NCBI GenBank assembly: GCA_001822075.1
Contig: MHPK01000007.1
Span: 5,975 to 69,974 of the forward strand
DNA: 64,000 bases
Direction: 5' to 3'
From: Candidatus Staskawiczbacteria bacterium RIFOXYB1_FULL_38_37
GTDB taxonomy: Bacteria; Patescibacteriota; Minisyncoccia; Minisyncoccales; Staskawiczbacteraceae
Positions 25,479 to 34,919 of the stretch are shown here, piece after piece. Within the stretch, counting starts at the first letter, position 1. Each line of letters opens with the position of its first letter. The notes beneath the pieces were generated by a model. It saw only the letters and a list, made by a program, of their open reading frames with translations, made no database searches and was not told the DNA's origin. The position numbers were made by a program, and so were the translations under genes.

Positions 25479-26681
25479 ATGGTTGACACAAACCCGCAAA
25501 GAATAGAAGAAATTTTGACCAGGGGGATAGAAAATGTATATCCAAGCCGCGAGGAACTGGAAAAAGTTTTGTTGTCTGGAAAAAAACTAAAAATTTATAA
25601 CGGCATTGACCCGACCGGAAAACTTCACATTGGCCATGCGGCAGTTTTGTTAAAATTGCGCCAGCTTCAGGATTTGGGCCACGAAATAATTATTTTAATA
25701 GGCGATTTTACTGCAACAATTGGCGACCCGACAGGAAAGTCTGAAACAAGAAAAGTGTTGACTAAAAAACAGGTGCTTGCCAATGCTAAAAATTACAAAA
25801 AACAAATAGGAAAAATTTTGGATTTTAAAAAATCAAACGTAAAGTTTTTTTACAACGGCAAATGGACCAATAAGCTAAAGATGGCTGATTTATTTGCAAT
25901 TGCTTCGCACTTTACAGTTGCCAGGCTGCTTGAAAGGGATATGTTCCAAAAAAGAATTAAGAAGGGGGGCGATATTCATGTGCCAGAATTTTTGTACCCA
26001 ATTTTTCAGGCTTACGATTCTGTGGCAATGGATGTTGACATGGAAGTTGGCGGAAACGACCAGACTTTTAATATGCTAGCAGGAAGAACCTTGATGAAAA
26101 AAATGAAAAATAAGGAAAAATTTGTTTTAACAACTAAGCTTTTGGTTGATTCTGTTGGAAAAAAAATGGGGAAAACAGAAGGAAATATGGTGAATTTAGA
26201 TGAAAGCCCTGCAGAAATGTTTGGCAAAATTATGAGCTGGCCAGATGAATTGATTCATTTAACATTTGAGATTTGCACTCGCGTAGCGCCAGATGAGATT
26301 GATGAAATTATAAAAATACCGAATCCGCGCAACCAAAAAGCTATATTGGCAAAAGAAATTGTAAAAATGTATCACGGCGAGAAAGAGGCGAAAAAAGCCG
26401 AAGAAGAATTTGATAAAGTTTTTCGCAATAAGGAATTGCCAACAGACATTCCGGTTTTTCAAACTGATAAAAATAATTATTTTGTTTTGGATTTATTGTT
26501 TGACGCAAAATTATCTTTTTCTAAAAACGAAGCAAAGAGATTGGTTGAGGGTGGGGGAGTGGAAATACAAATCGGAGAGAAAAAAGAAAAAGTTGCTGAT
26601 TGGGAAAAAGAAATTATTATAGAAGACGGCATGATAATTAAAGTCGGCAGAAAATTTGTAAAAATTAAGCTTAAAACATAA
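25479..26681 (+). CDS. tyrS: tyrosine--tRNA ligase
   Basis: 400 aa with HIGH (KLHIGHAAV), KMSKS (KMGKT) and a C-terminal S4-like domain. Confidence 0.95.
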   Translation: MVDTNPQRIEEILTRGIENVYPSREELEKVLLSGKKLKIYNGIDPTGKLHIGHAAVLLKLRQLQDLGHEIIILIGDFTATIGDPTGKSETRKVLTKKQVLANAKNYKKQIGKILDFKKSNVKFFYNGKWTNKLKMADLFAIASHFTVARLLERDMFQKRIKKGGDIHVPEFLYPIFQAYDSVAMDVDMEVGGNDQTFNMLAGRTLMKKMKNKEKFVLTTKLLVDSVGKKMGKTEGNMVNLDESPAEMFGKIMSWPDELIHLTFEICTRVAPDEIDEIIKIPNPRNQKAILAKEIVKMYHGEKEAKKAEEEFDKVFRNKELPTDIPVFQTDKNNYFVLDLLFDAKLSFSKNEAKRLVEGGGVEIQIGEKKEKVADWEKEIIIEDGMIIKVGRKFVKIKLKT

Positions 26682-26682
26682 A

Positions 26683-28116
26683 ATGCATCACAGATTCACA
26701 ATAGTTGAGGCCTCAAAACATATAGGAGAAAAAGTAAAAGTTTCAGGCTGGGTAAATACAAGAAGGGCCCACGGAAAAATTTTATTTATTGACCTGCGGG
26801 ACAGAAGCGGGATTTTGCAGGTTGTTTTTGTGCCTTCAAACAAAGAAGTTTATGATACAGCTCAAACCATAAGACCGGAGTGGGTTGTTGAAATTGAAGG
26901 CCAGATTGTAAAAAGGCCAGACAGCATGGTAAATGACAAAATTGCAACAGGCCAAGTTGAAATGTCAGCTGAAAGTTTAAAAGTTTTATCAGAATCTGAA
27001 ACTCCGCCTTTTGAAATAGAGGGCGACGGATATGATATAAACGAGGAGATAAGAATGAAATACAGGTATCTGGATTTAAGGCGCGAGAGGCTTAAAAACA
27101 ATCTTATTATGCGGCATAAGGTCATAAAATTCATGCGTGATTTTCTTGATAAAGAAGGATTTGTTGAAATTGAAACTCCTGTTTTGACAAAATCAACTCC
27201 TGAGGGAGCGCGAGATTACATTGTGCCTTCAAGATTAAACTCAGGGAAATTTTATGCGCTTCCGCAGTCGCCCCAGCAATATAAACAGCTTTTAATGGCC
27301 TCTGGGGTTGAAAAGTACTACCAAATACCAAAATGTTTTAGGGATGAAGACCCAAGAGGGGACAGACAGCCTGAATTTACTCAGCTTGACCTTGAAGTAA
27401 GTTTTGCAAAAATGGAAGATGTGATGGATTTAATCGAGCGCCTTTTAGTTTCGCTTGTTAAAACCCTCTATCCTAAAAAGAAAATACAAGAAATTCCGTT
27501 TCCCAAAATAACTTATAAAGAGGCCATGGCAAAATATAAAACAGACAGGCCAGATTTGAGAAAAGACAAATCCGACAAAAGCTTGCTGGCTTTCTGCTGG
27601 GTTGTTGATTTCCCGTTTTTTAAGGCGGGGTCTGATGATGGGTATCCAACGGGCAAGTGGAAGCCAACGCATAATCCATTTTCAAAACCGCAGGACGATT
27701 TTATGGACGACCTTATGCAAAAGAAAAACATAGAAAACATTTTGACTACGCAGTATGATATTGTGTTAAATGGATTTGAAATTGGCGGAGGTTCTATAAG
27801 AAATCACAGGCCAGAGGCCCTTGAAAAAGTTTTTGAGATAATTGGCTACAAGGCAGACGAGATAAAAGAAAAATTCGGGCACATGCTGGAAGCCTTCAGG
27901 TATGGAGCTCCTCCGCATGGAGGCATAGCCCCCGGCATAGACAGAATTGTTTCTATTTTACAGAACGAACCAAACATTAGAGAGGTTATTGCTTTTCCGA
28001 AGACTGGCGACGGAAGAGATTTTATGATGTCTGCTCCCTCTGAAATAGATGAAAAACAGCTAAATGAGCTCCACATAAAAGTAAGCTTGCCAAAACAAAA
28101 AAAGAAAAAGCAATGA
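26683..28116 (+). CDS. aspS: aspartate--tRNA ligase, bacterial-type core lacking the GAD insertion domain
   Basis: 477 aa with an OB fold, motif 2 FRDEDPRGDRQPEFTQLDLE and motif 3 GIAPGIDR. DRPDLR is followed almost directly by FCWVVDFPFF. Confidence 0.9.
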   Translation: MHHRFTIVEASKHIGEKVKVSGWVNTRRAHGKILFIDLRDRSGILQVVFVPSNKEVYDTAQTIRPEWVVEIEGQIVKRPDSMVNDKIATGQVEMSAESLKVLSESETPPFEIEGDGYDINEEIRMKYRYLDLRRERLKNNLIMRHKVIKFMRDFLDKEGFVEIETPVLTKSTPEGARDYIVPSRLNSGKFYALPQSPQQYKQLLMASGVEKYYQIPKCFRDEDPRGDRQPEFTQLDLEVSFAKMEDVMDLIERLLVSLVKTLYPKKKIQEIPFPKITYKEAMAKYKTDRPDLRKDKSDKSLLAFCWVVDFPFFKAGSDDGYPTGKWKPTHNPFSKPQDDFMDDLMQKKNIENILTTQYDIVLNGFEIGGGSIRNHRPEALEKVFEIIGYKADEIKEKFGHMLEAFRYGAPPHGGIAPGIDRIVSILQNEPNIREVIAFPKTGDGRDFMMSAPSEIDEKQLNELHIKVSLPKQKKKKQ

Positions 28117-29057
28117 AATTAGATTTAGAGCGCATATTTAAAGGGGTGGTTCTGTCTTTGGTTTTTCTTGGCCTTTCAGGGGGCGCGATTTTTGCTGTAA
28201 ACCAATTCATTTCTTCAAATTTTCTAACAGCAGGCATTTTAGCTGTTCCAGCAAGTTTAAACGAAGAGGGCGAGAATTTGAATCAGCAGCCTGCAGAGCC
28301 GCCGGCGCAAGATTTTATAGAGCCCGCAGAACCAGAAGACAATTTGACAATTTATGCAAAATCAGCTGTTGCTGTTGAAACAGATTTGGCAGGCAAAGAT
28401 AAAATTTTGTTTGAAAAAAATGCAGATAAAAAACTTCCTATAGCAAGCTTAACAAAATTGATGACAGCTGTTGTTGTTTTGGAAAATTATGATTTGATTC
28501 AAAATGTGATTGTCAGTGAAAAAGCCGACTCGCAAGATGCGATGCAGCCCGACTTAAAAACAGGGGACATCTTTTCTGTGACAGAGCTTTTGTATTTTTC
28601 GCTTATACGTTCAAGCAACAAAGCAGCTTACGCGCTATCTGAACAAATCGGCCAGGAAGTGTTTGTTGATTTAATGAATAAAAAAGCAGCCGAAGCGGGG
28701 TTGCAAAATACTTTTTTTAAAGACCCTACTGGCTTGTCGCCGGAGAATGTTTCAACGGCAAAAGACCTGCAAAAATTTGCAGAATATATAATCAAACATT
28801 ATCCGGAAGTCATAAATATTACAAGAACAAAAAAACTTAATCTGCCCAATTTAGGAGAAATAGAAAATACGAACGAGATTTTAGGGGAAATTCCAGATAT
28901 AATGGGGGGAAAAACAGGCTTTACAAAGGAGGCAGGGGGATGTATGCTTTTAATCAGAAAAAACCTTTCAACCGGCGGATTTTTTATTTATGTTATTTTG
29001 GGGTCAGATGACAGGTTTGCAGAAATGAGAAAATTAATTATGTTATCAAATTTATGA
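28113..29057 (+). CDS. D-alanyl-D-alanine carboxypeptidase (S11, PBP5/DacB-like)
   Basis: 314 aa with an N-terminal TM and the motifs SLTK (SxxK), SSN (SxN) and KTGFT (KTG). Confidence 0.82.
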   Translation: MKLDLERIFKGVVLSLVFLGLSGGAIFAVNQFISSNFLTAGILAVPASLNEEGENLNQQPAEPPAQDFIEPAEPEDNLTIYAKSAVAVETDLAGKDKILFEKNADKKLPIASLTKLMTAVVVLENYDLIQNVIVSEKADSQDAMQPDLKTGDIFSVTELLYFSLIRSSNKAAYALSEQIGQEVFVDLMNKKAAEAGLQNTFFKDPTGLSPENVSTAKDLQKFAEYIIKHYPEVINITRTKKLNLPNLGEIENTNEILGEIPDIMGGKTGFTKEAGGCMLLIRKNLSTGGFFIYVILGSDDRFAEMRKLIMLSNL

Positions 29058-30115
29058 CAGACATAGAGCTAAACGTAATAAAAATCTTTACTATTTTTAC
29101 ATTGGCTTGCGGATTTGCTATTTTGTGGACTCCTCTGCTTACAAATTTTTTGTATAAACGGAAGCTTTGGAAGAAATCTGCGCGCCAGAAAGCAATAACA
29201 GGCGAGGATGCTGTTGTGTTCAGCTCTCTGCATAAGGAAAAAGAGGTCGGTACGCCCAGGCTTGGAGGATTGCTGATATGGGTTACAATTTTAATCATAA
29301 TTTTTTTGCTTTTTTTGCTTTCTTTGATTTTTCCAGAAACTGTTTTTGCCCAGTTCAACTTTTTATCAAGAAGCCAGACATGGCTGCCATTATTTACTTT
29401 GGCGGCAGCTTCAATTTTAGGTTTGGTTGATGACCTTTTACAAATATATGGAAGGGGCAAATATGTTGGCGGGGGGTTGTCATTAAAAAAACGGATTTTC
29501 GTGGTGGTTTTAATCGGCTTTATTGCCAGCATTTGGTTTTATCAAAAATTAGGTTGGGATGTTGTTTATATTCCTTTTTTAGGAGACGTTTCAATAAGGC
29601 TTTGGTACATACCTTTGTTTGTAATAGTAACATTAGCTTGCTGGGCGGGGGGAGTGATAGATGGATTAGACGGGCTGGCAGGCGGAACTTTCGCCTCAAT
29701 TTTTGGAGCTTTTACAGTAATTGCTTTTTCTCAAGGAAAAATTGATCTGGCGGCTTTTTGCGCTGCCATTTGCGGAACACTTTTTGCATTTTTATGGTTT
29801 AATATTCCGCCAGCCAGATTTTACATGGGAGAAACGGGCATGCTGGGACTTACAACAGTTTTAGCTGTGGTTTCTTTTTTAACAAATTCTGTTTATGTTC
29901 TGCCAATAATAGCCGGGCTTTTGGTTGTTGAGGTGGCTTCTGCGCTTTTACAGATTTTTTCAAAAAAATTAAGAAAAAAGAAAATTTTTTTATCAACGCC
30001 AATACATCATCATTTTGAGGCCATAGGCTGGCCAGCATGCAAAGTTACAATGCGTTTTTGGATTGTGGGAGTTGTGTTGGCCATCGTCGGAGTATCTATA
30101 AAACTGTTAGGGTAA
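29054..30115 (+). CDS. mraY: phospho-N-acetylmuramoyl-pentapeptide transferase
   Basis: 353 aa, polytopic, with GLVDDLL, VIDGLDGLAGG and PIHHHFE. Confidence 0.9.
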   Translation: MTDIELNVIKIFTIFTLACGFAILWTPLLTNFLYKRKLWKKSARQKAITGEDAVVFSSLHKEKEVGTPRLGGLLIWVTILIIIFLLFLLSLIFPETVFAQFNFLSRSQTWLPLFTLAAASILGLVDDLLQIYGRGKYVGGGLSLKKRIFVVVLIGFIASIWFYQKLGWDVVYIPFLGDVSIRLWYIPLFVIVTLACWAGGVIDGLDGLAGGTFASIFGAFTVIAFSQGKIDLAAFCAAICGTLFAFLWFNIPPARFYMGETGMLGLTTVLAVVSFLTNSVYVLPIIAGLLVVEVASALLQIFSKKLRKKKIFLSTPIHHHFEAIGWPACKVTMRFWIVGVVLAIVGVSIKLLG

Positions 30116-30154
30116 TTGACATAACAGCAAATTTGGGTAGTATAGACATATATT

Positions 30155-31183
30155 ATGACTTTTCAAATAAACAAAAAATTCGGGATATTAATGTTTATTT
30201 TAGTTGTTTCGGCAGGCATTTTTGCAGGTGGGGGAATTTTGCATGCCCAATATAATGTATGTAATTATCACGCATACAAGGACTGCGTAGGCAGTTCTAT
30301 TTATTGGTTTGACTCGTGCTCAAACAGGCAGGACCTTTACCAAGACTGCTCATCTTTTGGCCAGACATGCCAATACGGCCAATGCGTTGCAAGCATACAG
30401 CCTGTTTACACGGCCCACCAAAAAATTAGCTGTTCTGGAAATAATTTATACTGGTATGATTCGTTGGGAGCTGTTAATTCTTTATATAAAAATTGCCAAG
30501 ACGCAAATAGCTGTACCCAGGACAGCTGTTCTGGAGCTAAATGCTCTAATGTTTTAAAGTGCGATGGCTCAACTTGCGCTGCGGGTTTAGCTGATTACAA
30601 TACTTATTGCCAGCAGGCGCAGCCAAATCCGCCGCCAAATGATGTTAATAATTTAATGGTTTCTTTTGTCGCCAAAACAGACGAAGCATCTCAGCAATGG
30701 AATAAAAACGCGCAAGTTTCACCAGATTCCACTGTATATTTTATGATAGCTTTAAACAACAATTCAGATACAGCCTATAGCAATGTAAACATATCAGCTA
30801 ATATTCCCGGAGAAATTTCTCTTTTAGGAAACTTAAAAGTCAACGATGCTGCTTTTTCAGGCGATATAGTTTCTGGCATTAGCATCGGCTCTCTTGAGCC
30901 TAAAAGCGCAAAATCTATAACATTTGAAGGCAAAACACAATCTTTTTCAGAGCAATCTCAAAAACAGGCAACTATAACTGTAAATTCGTCTGGGGCCGTG
31001 CGGTCAGACTTTGTAAACCTTGATTTTGTTCCTGGGCAGTCAACAGTTGCTGCTGTTTCACAGCCGGCTGAAGACACTGGAATTACAACGTTTTTAAAAC
31101 GTTGGTATTTATGGATTTTATCCGGCATAGTGCTGATATTCTTGTTTATAATTGTTTTTAGGAGAGTGTCTTCTAACGTATAA
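30155..31183 (+). CDS. secreted/surface protein: Cys-rich repeats, beta-sandwich domain and C-terminal TM anchor
   Basis: 342 aa with a signal/TM, two Cys-rich modules (IYWFDSC...LYQDC, LYWYDSL...LYKNC), a CARDB/DUF11-like segment and a C-terminal hydrophobic helix. Confidence 0.6.
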   Translation: MTFQINKKFGILMFILVVSAGIFAGGGILHAQYNVCNYHAYKDCVGSSIYWFDSCSNRQDLYQDCSSFGQTCQYGQCVASIQPVYTAHQKISCSGNNLYWYDSLGAVNSLYKNCQDANSCTQDSCSGAKCSNVLKCDGSTCAAGLADYNTYCQQAQPNPPPNDVNNLMVSFVAKTDEASQQWNKNAQVSPDSTVYFMIALNNNSDTAYSNVNISANIPGEISLLGNLKVNDAAFSGDIVSGISIGSLEPKSAKSITFEGKTQSFSEQSQKQATITVNSSGAVRSDFVNLDFVPGQSTVAAVSQPAEDTGITTFLKRWYLWILSGIVLIFLFIIVFRRVSSNV

Positions 31184-31196
31184 ACACGTATTTTAC

Positions 31197-31227
31197 AGCT
31201 GCCCCTTAACAAACTGGGCAGCTTTTA
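31197..31227 (+). terminator. rho-independent terminator
   Basis: agctgccc/gggcagct stem followed by tttt. Confidence 0.7.
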
Positions 31228-31262
31228 ATTCGCCTTATTTTCTGCTATAATCAAATATAATT

Positions 31263-33767
31263 ATGGACAAAAAGCCGACCATTTTTGAATTTACCTCGTA
31301 TAAATTTGAGCCCGCGCAAAAAAGGGTTTTATTCAGTTACAAACAAGAATTTGTAGATAGCGAGCCTTTGAATTTCACTGAAACTCTGCTTCTGCCAGAG
31401 CTGCCGAATTTAGAAGGCCTACCCGAAGGATTAGTAGATAAAATTTTACAAGGGGTCCATTTAATTTTAGGCGTCAGCTATTATAAATCTTATTGTGCGA
31501 CAAAGTTAAAATTTCCTTATGCTTTGTCCCAAAAAGAAGCAAATTTTTGGAATATTGTTTATAGAAAAGGATTAGGAGAATTTTATTATAGAAATAATTT
31601 AGACCCAAAAATATCACCTAAATTTTCTTATAATAAAAACGCAAGAACTAAAAATTATTTTTTAGATAAAAATGAAAAATGTCTTGTTGGCGTGTCGGGA
31701 GGCAAAGATTCAATTGTGGCAGCAGAACTTTTAAAAGAACAGGGGATTGATATAACTGCTGTTTTTACTGAAACGCAAAAAGAATCGCTAATTGTAAATA
31801 AAGTAATTGAAACATTAGAAATTAAATCATTAAAATTTAGGCGAGTTTTAGATGAGAAAGTATTTCAAAATTATAAATATAACGGTCATGTGCCAGTTTC
31901 TGCAATGTTTGCTTTTTTAGGAATTTTATATGCAGTTTTGTATAGATGTTCTTACTGTATAATGGCAAACGAGCATAGCAGTAATTTTGGAAATATTAAA
32001 TATAAAGGAGAGATGATTAACCACCAATGGTCAAAATCGTCAGAATTTGAAGATATGTTTTGTGATTATGTGAAAAGTTTTATAACCCCCGATGTTCGTT
32101 ATTTCTCTTTGTTAAGGCCCTTTTATGAAATAAGAATCGCGGAATTATTTTCAAAATATAAACAATATTTCCCTTATTTTTCCAGCTGTAATAAAAATTT
32201 TAGAATAGCCGCAGACAAAAAATCGGGGCTTTGGTGCGGACAATGTCCTAAATGTGTTTTCGTATTTACTTTACTTTCAGCTTTTTTATCAAAAGATGAG
32301 TTATTAGGCATTTTTAAAAAAAATCTTTATCAAGACGCGAGCCTTTTGCCTCTGTTTAAAGATATTTTTGGGTTGGGAAAGTTAAAACCATTTGATTGCG
32401 TCGGGACATTTGAGGAATCAAGGGCAGCTTTTACTCTTGGTGCTAAAAAATTTAAAAATGATTTTATAACAAAAACGTTTTTATCAAAAGTAAAAATTAA
32501 AAAAGACATTATCAACAGATTATTCAAAACTCATCAGGCGAATAACATTCCAAGCCAATTTAGATTTTTAGGAATGAAAAATATTCTAATTTTAGGTTAT
32601 GGTGAGGAAGGAGAAGTAACAAAAAAATACATTAAAAAAAATTATTCTAATTTTAAAATTGGCACAGCAGACCTTAAATTAGGAAAAAATTATTTGGAAA
32701 AGCAGAAAGATTATGATATGGCGGTAAAAACCCCCGGCATTGCTAAAAGCTTTGTTAAAGTTCCCTATACAACGGCAACAAATATATTTTTTTCAAAAAA
32801 TAAGAATACTACAGTTGGTATTACCGGAAGCAAAGGAAAAAGCACAACCGCCTCGCTTATTTATTCAATATTAAAAGAAGCTGGTAAAAACGTACGAATT
32901 TTAGGAAATATCGGAAATCCGATGCTTTCGGCATTATCAGAGCCCATTAGAGAAAATGAGATTTTTGTTTTAGAGCTTTCAAGCTACCAACTAGACGACA
33001 TTGATTTTTCTCCCAATATAGCCGTGGTAACAAATTTGTTTCCAGAACACATGGATTATCACATCGGTTTAGATAATTACTATAATGCGAAAAAAAATAT
33101 AATCAGATTCCAAAATAAAACGGACACATTTATTTATAATCAAAAAAATGCAAAATTACGGAAGTGGGTAAGCGACGCAAAAGGCAAAACAGTTTCATTC
33201 AGTGACAAAATTGATATTGATAATTTGAAGATTCCATTACTTGGCCAGCATAATAGAGAAAATATCGGGGCGGCAATTGCTGTCGCAAGAATATTTAATA
33301 TTTCCGATAAAATAATAAAAAAGGCCATTGAAAAATTCAAACCGCTGCCACATAGGCTGGAATTTGTTGACGAGTTTAAAAATATAAAATTTTATGATGA
33401 TGCCATTTCTACCACCCCCGAATCAACAATTGAAGCGATTAAATCGTTAAAAAATATCGGCACAATTTTTCTTGGCGGAGAAGACAGGGGATATAATTTT
33501 TTACAATTAGAAAAAACCATCAAAAAATATAGAATAAAGAATATCGTTCTTTTTCCAAATTCCGGAAAGAGAATCTTTAAATCACAAAAGGGATTAAATA
33601 TTTTAAAAACTTCCAGCATGGAGAAAGCTGTAAGTTTTGCATATAGACATACAGAAAAGGGAAAAATTTGTCTGCTTTCCTGTGCTTCTCCCAGCTATTC
33701 TTTATGGAAAAATTTTGAAGAAAAAGGAGATTTATTTAAAGAATTTGTTAAAAAATATTCAAAGTAA
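31263..33767 (+). CDS. murD: fusion protein: N-terminal PP-loop ATPase-like domain (candidate MurL-type epimerase) plus C-terminal MurD-type ligase
   Basis: 834 aa. Residues 1 to about 440 carry LVGVSGGKDS (PP-loop) and WCGQCPKCVF. Residues from about 445 on carry NILILGYGEEG and GITGSKGKSTT with Mur ligase middle and C-terminal domains. Confidence 0.7.
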   Translation: MDKKPTIFEFTSYKFEPAQKRVLFSYKQEFVDSEPLNFTETLLLPELPNLEGLPEGLVDKILQGVHLILGVSYYKSYCATKLKFPYALSQKEANFWNIVYRKGLGEFYYRNNLDPKISPKFSYNKNARTKNYFLDKNEKCLVGVSGGKDSIVAAELLKEQGIDITAVFTETQKESLIVNKVIETLEIKSLKFRRVLDEKVFQNYKYNGHVPVSAMFAFLGILYAVLYRCSYCIMANEHSSNFGNIKYKGEMINHQWSKSSEFEDMFCDYVKSFITPDVRYFSLLRPFYEIRIAELFSKYKQYFPYFSSCNKNFRIAADKKSGLWCGQCPKCVFVFTLLSAFLSKDELLGIFKKNLYQDASLLPLFKDIFGLGKLKPFDCVGTFEESRAAFTLGAKKFKNDFITKTFLSKVKIKKDIINRLFKTHQANNIPSQFRFLGMKNILILGYGEEGEVTKKYIKKNYSNFKIGTADLKLGKNYLEKQKDYDMAVKTPGIAKSFVKVPYTTATNIFFSKNKNTTVGITGSKGKSTTASLIYSILKEAGKNVRILGNIGNPMLSALSEPIRENEIFVLELSSYQLDDIDFSPNIAVVTNLFPEHMDYHIGLDNYYNAKKNIIRFQNKTDTFIYNQKNAKLRKWVSDAKGKTVSFSDKIDIDNLKIPLLGQHNRENIGAAIAVARIFNISDKIIKKAIEKFKPLPHRLEFVDEFKNIKFYDDAISTTPESTIEAIKSLKNIGTIFLGGEDRGYNFLQLEKTIKKYRIKNIVLFPNSGKRIFKSQKGLNILKTSSMEKAVSFAYRHTEKGKICLLSCASPSYSLWKNFEEKGDLFKEFVKKYSK

Positions 33768-33771
33768 AGTA

Positions 33772-34896
33772 ATGAAAAAACATTTTAATTATTATCTTTT
33801 TTTTCTGGTTGTTTTTTTGGCCGGTTTTGGATTTTTATTTTTAGCCTGCCTTTCGGTTCCAGCTTCCTTGCAGAGGTTTAATACAGCAAATTATTATTTG
33901 CTGCACCAGCTTATTTTACTGATAGCCGGTGTAATTTTGGGATTTGTTTTTTATAGGATTCCGCTAAAATTTTTAAAAAAATGGGCGCCTTATATTTTTT
34001 TGGCAAACTTTTTCTGCCTTTTTTTAGTTTTTCTGCCTGTTATAGGATTAAAGCTTGGGGGAGCCAGCAGGTGGCTCAACTTTGGCAAATTTGCAGTTCA
34101 GCCCTCAGAATTTTTAAAAATTACAGCCATTTTATATTTGTCTGCATGGATTGCCTCAAAATTGTCTGATGCTCCTGCTTCGGGGTGGAAATCTACAGCA
34201 AAAAGGGGATACCATAATGCAGTATATATATTTGTTCCGTTTTTAATGCTTTTGGCAATAATTTCTATAGCTCTTGTTTTGCAGAGCGATGCCAGCACAT
34301 TAGGCGTTATTTCGCTTACCTTGCTGGCTGTTTATTTTTCTGCCAGAACTCCCATTTGGCATACTTTTTTGGTTATACTGGCGGGAGCCGGCAGTTTGCT
34401 GTTTTTAATAAGATTTGAACCATACAGACTGGACCGCTGGCTTATTTTTTTGCACCCGGAATCAGACCCATTAGGCAAGGGTTTTCAATTAAGGCAATCA
34501 TTGCTTTCTTTAGGGTCCGGAGGAATTTTTGGCAAAGGGCTTGGAATGTCAACTCAAAAATTCGGTTTTTTGCCCCAAGCCATATCCGATTCCATATTTG
34601 CAATAGTGGGAGAGGAGCTGGGGATTGCGGGGGCTGTAATTTTAATTGCGATGTTTGTGTTTTTCTTTTATTTGGGAGTTAAAATTGCAAAAAATTCTAA
34701 CGATAAATTTTATAAGATGACAGCAATTGGAATTACTTTTTGGATAACATTGCAGGCTTTTATAAATATTGCCTCAACAATAGGAATTTTTCCAATGACA
34801 GGCATTCCTTTGCCATTTTTTTCATACGGAGGATCGCATTTAGTAGCTGAAATGATAGGCGTGGGCTTGCTACTCAACATTTCCAAAAACGGATAA
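33772..34896 (+). CDS. ftsW: peptidoglycan glycosyltransferase FtsW (SEDS family)
   Basis: I moved the start to ATG 33772 (MKKHFNYY...), just after the murD stop. Motifs SDSIFAIVGEELG and PFFSYGGS. Confidence 0.9.
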   Translation: MKKHFNYYLFFLVVFLAGFGFLFLACLSVPASLQRFNTANYYLLHQLILLIAGVILGFVFYRIPLKFLKKWAPYIFLANFFCLFLVFLPVIGLKLGGASRWLNFGKFAVQPSEFLKITAILYLSAWIASKLSDAPASGWKSTAKRGYHNAVYIFVPFLMLLAIISIALVLQSDASTLGVISLTLLAVYFSARTPIWHTFLVILAGAGSLLFLIRFEPYRLDRWLIFLHPESDPLGKGFQLRQSLLSLGSGGIFGKGLGMSTQKFGFLPQAISDSIFAIVGEELGIAGAVILIAMFVFFFYLGVKIAKNSNDKFYKMTAIGITFWITLQAFINIASTIGIFPMTGIPLPFFSYGGSHLVAEMIGVGLLLNISKNG

Positions 34897-34919
34897 CTTT
34901 GTTATGATTAGATAATATT

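Noticed and set aside
33637-33771. Upstream extension of ftsW overlapping the murD fusion by 131 nt
   Set aside because: The extension encodes non-membrane sequence in the murD reading region. The ATG at 33772 gives a typical FtsW N-terminus immediately after the murD stop.
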